From: Methanobacteriota archaeon
GTDB lineage: Archaea; Thermoplasmatota; Poseidoniia; Poseidoniales; Thalassarchaeaceae
Assembly: GCA_014240285.1 (NCBI GenBank)
Contig: JAAZXI010000003.1
Span: forward strand, 398 to 64,397
Direction: 5' to 3'
Length of the DNA: 64,000 nt
Position 1 is the first letter of the stretch. Each line of letters starts with the position of its first letter. A program made the position numbers and the translations under genes. Under the pieces are notes generated by a model. The model saw nothing but the letters and a program-made list of their open reading frames with translations, did no database searches and was not told where the DNA came from. Positions 63,101 to 64,000 of this stretch are shown piece after piece.

Positions 63101-63333
63101 GCCAATGAGGGTGATGCGGAGTCCATGCACGGCGAGCACCAGTGGGCTCCGACGTACTCTCCGAACACAGAGTGACCTGGGCTGGGTGCGTAAAGCGGAA
63201 CTTCTTCCTGCTTCAATTGCTGTCTTTCCTCGACCTTCTCGTCTAGGGTCATGAAGCCCGTGAAGGACATCAGAACCACCAAAGCGGCCAGAGACATCGG
63301 CTGGACAAACGACAACATCCGTACCTTGCTCAC
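60187..63333 (-). CDS. Giant surface protein with an N-terminal anchor, a thioredoxin-like module, Ig/cadherin-like repeats, a C-terminal TM and a Pro-rich cytoplasmic tail
   Basis: The signal anchor is SLAALVVLMSFTGF. The thioredoxin-like motif is WCSPC. A cadherin-type signature is HVLNVNDAPRMD. The C-terminal TM is LLSLGLLLAAALVLALAIIL. The tail reads PPPPPMTPPLPPEGLPPGWTMEQWHYYGAEYLRRRE. Confidence 0.75.
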   Translation of the reverse strand: MSKVRMLSFVQPMSLAALVVLMSFTGFMTLDEKVEERQQLKQEEVPLYAPSPGHSVFGEYVGAHWCSPCMDSASPSLANLKASNPEDFTFLSIFESSSGGWPSDSPINRQDHVMAASSGYPTFSFADEQSGTCYKVGAGGTNYYDADYSSGGCMSSDTADYAIELSMALDTATNEVTVAVESTYLGSLSSVTVYLYAAVTEKVGADAYDNGVRPHHNWRKWLLNNNDDGFEQITLTPNVAVEKTWTVSLNTVRAAAGNSQYENFWPVVALMDGPHTSYNEFLAAADLDMAPLIDIGISNFEADNQNGNLGFVSGDTLDLNVEIANFGVDPYNDGGEISIYELVGLDEVYVGGSAITNLASGGTQALTIQFDTSNIEPYASGSTTFRAKLSGLTGDRVPSNDYSDDNAPHDMAPVANQPTAIASTSVERGESIQFESTALSNDMVDDMSTMTPIMHYAESGTELWDNAWIGSSELVGSGGNARYVHTINAPHNAEVGDYDLRVRWVDAGGQYGDWLISEAAFELRNALPIVLNSDYPQYAGMPTVKVETQERVSIMGLVNDAETPLSMLQIDSNSPEFIEWDSSSLEIVVEFGEVLRDSQGNPIPQGMFVTLDDGDDSNSGMMMFNVVENGAPRWSPVPSQPFEEGGSVSFGLTEYLSDTDDNGYPVPVSGLTLELLGNSNEALVDASVSGHTLSVSTLDDDSTGPVDLTLRASDGIKFSDTVITFHVLNVNDAPRMDMSEIEEFTVEMGDRITLELLDRITDIDDPDEEIWASAMTFISGAAQFNPITGILTMAWDEAGTEIVTITLEDRHGGASAYLITVTIVDNMPLFWDTDLVATFSTVEYGSNPSVTLENIGQHELSDIRITWTVCNSITGICHSSGVSHNLGPFIVYPESGEGLGVGDYITLSADGEDKNGFDRVTEEQLRIYATEVEEAIDEPDEEGADTKAGGLSAMMSAGLLSLGLLLAAALVLALAIILRRQGLDSEPAIDFVSEVKENEENDPYSSDLTGEVPPPPPMTPPLPPEGLPPGWTMEQWHYYGAEYLRRRE

Positions 63334-63443
63334 GCAAAAACCCGCTACAAGGCCCCGTATAACCGTGTTGCACTCAGGATAGTTTAGGAAACGGCTCTTT
63401 AGAGAGCCGGAGAACTTGATTAGGCAGAGTACGGCCCCGAAGC

Positions 63444-64000
63444 GTGAATGAGGGCGGAGGCGGCGAGTGGGTCGCCCTGAGGGAGGACGATGGTCGCGCC
63501 TACCTACTGCATCGAACTCCTGGCGAAGTCAAAGTGAAGGGGCTCGGGAGATTCGATGCAGAACAACTCCTGAACGGATACTCAATTGGCGATAGGATTA
63601 CCGTCGGTCAGAAGTCGCTGTCCATAGTAGACCCGGCTCTCCCCGAGGCCCGCAGGAACATGGCTAGAAGGGCTCAAGTCATCGGTGCCAAAGATTCTGG
63701 ATTTCTCGTCTCTTGGATGGGCATCGGAGTGGGCTCGAGGGTGCTTGAGGGAGGTCATGGCTCGGCAGGGCTCGCCATGCATCTAGCCAACGTACTTGGC
63801 TCGGCTGGCACCCTTATTTCGGTCGAATCCAGACCCGAACACGCTGAGGTCGGGCGGGCCAATATGGAGCGTCTAGCCGAGGTGCTACCTGAGTTCCCAG
63901 ATTGGCACCTGATTGACGGAGATTTAATCGACGTCGGACAAGCTGTCTCAGGAATCTGCCAATCTCTCGATGCAGCAATCATCGATGTGGCCGAGCCTTG
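63444..64000 (+). CDS. trmI: tRNA (adenine-N1)-methyltransferase TrmI/GCD14 family, 3' end cut by the window edge
   Basis: This is my own translation, absent from the ORF track because no stop lies in the window. From GTG 63444 it reads ...RRAQVIGAKDSGFLVSWMGIGVGSRVLEGGHGSAGLAMHLANVLGSAGTLISVE. An in-frame TGA lies at 63417. Confidence 0.75.
   Translation, partial: MNEGGGGEWVALREDDGRAYLLHRTPGEVKVKGLGRFDAEQLLNGYSIGDRITVGQKSLSIVDPALPEARRNMARRAQVIGAKDSGFLVSWMGIGVGSRVLEGGHGSAGLAMHLANVLGSAGTLISVESRPEHAEVGRANMERLAEVLPEFPDWHLIDGDLIDVGQAVSGICQSLDAAIIDVAEP

Overview
This is a gene-dense archaeal chromosome segment. By my calls, no intergenic gap exceeds about 140 nt. The archaeal origin rests on an rpl44e-rps27e-eIF2alpha-nop10-PAC2 operon, rpl37e, rpl40e, the DNA polymerase D small subunit, LonB, Nob1, an archaeal-type PheS alpha and TyrRS, UPF0147, two SAMP-like ubiquitin-fold proteins ending in GG, and a PGF-CTERM sorting signal. 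The acidic proteome, large surface proteins and heterotrophic gene set suggest a marine planktonic euryarchaeote such as Marine Group II/III. That placement is inference only. The heterotrophic set includes two acyl-CoA dehydrogenases, ETF alpha/beta, a P5C dehydrogenase with a Na+/solute symporter, and an MvaS-type HMG-CoA synthase. I call 66 protein-coding genes and five tRNA genes (Thr-UGU, Glu-UUC, Val-UAC, Ser-CGA, Val-CAC), all with encoded CCA. I also call two in-frame tandem-repeat regions. I saw no rRNA, CRISPR array, integrase, transposase or obvious prophage. Several genes look bacterial in type: SufS-SufE, a class II CCA enzyme, long PurA, E. coli-type DeoC, and GCDH/ETF. The best candidate for something undescribed is the minus-strand run at 37956-41589. 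It reads pdxT, then a 4-nt overlap into a radical SAM protein of unknown function, then a 50-nt gap, then a Cas4/Exo5-like Fe-S PD-(D/E)XK nuclease fused to two OB folds. That nuclease gene ends flush against tRNA-Ser, and a SAMP2-like gene lies just beyond. Other items worth a look are listed here.
- A short Cys-bounded module (CT..A.NY..A..DDGSC.Y) recurs five times in two unrelated surface proteins.
- A SCO1-like gene with a large insertion is paired with a YHYH-domain protein.
- A GcvH-like protein lacks the lipoyl lysine.
- An arylsulfotransferase-like surface protein has visibly lower GC than its neighbours.
- A 1048-aa cadherin-like surface protein has a Pro-rich, aromatic cytoplasmic tail.
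All functional calls come from motif recognition by eye. No database search was run.
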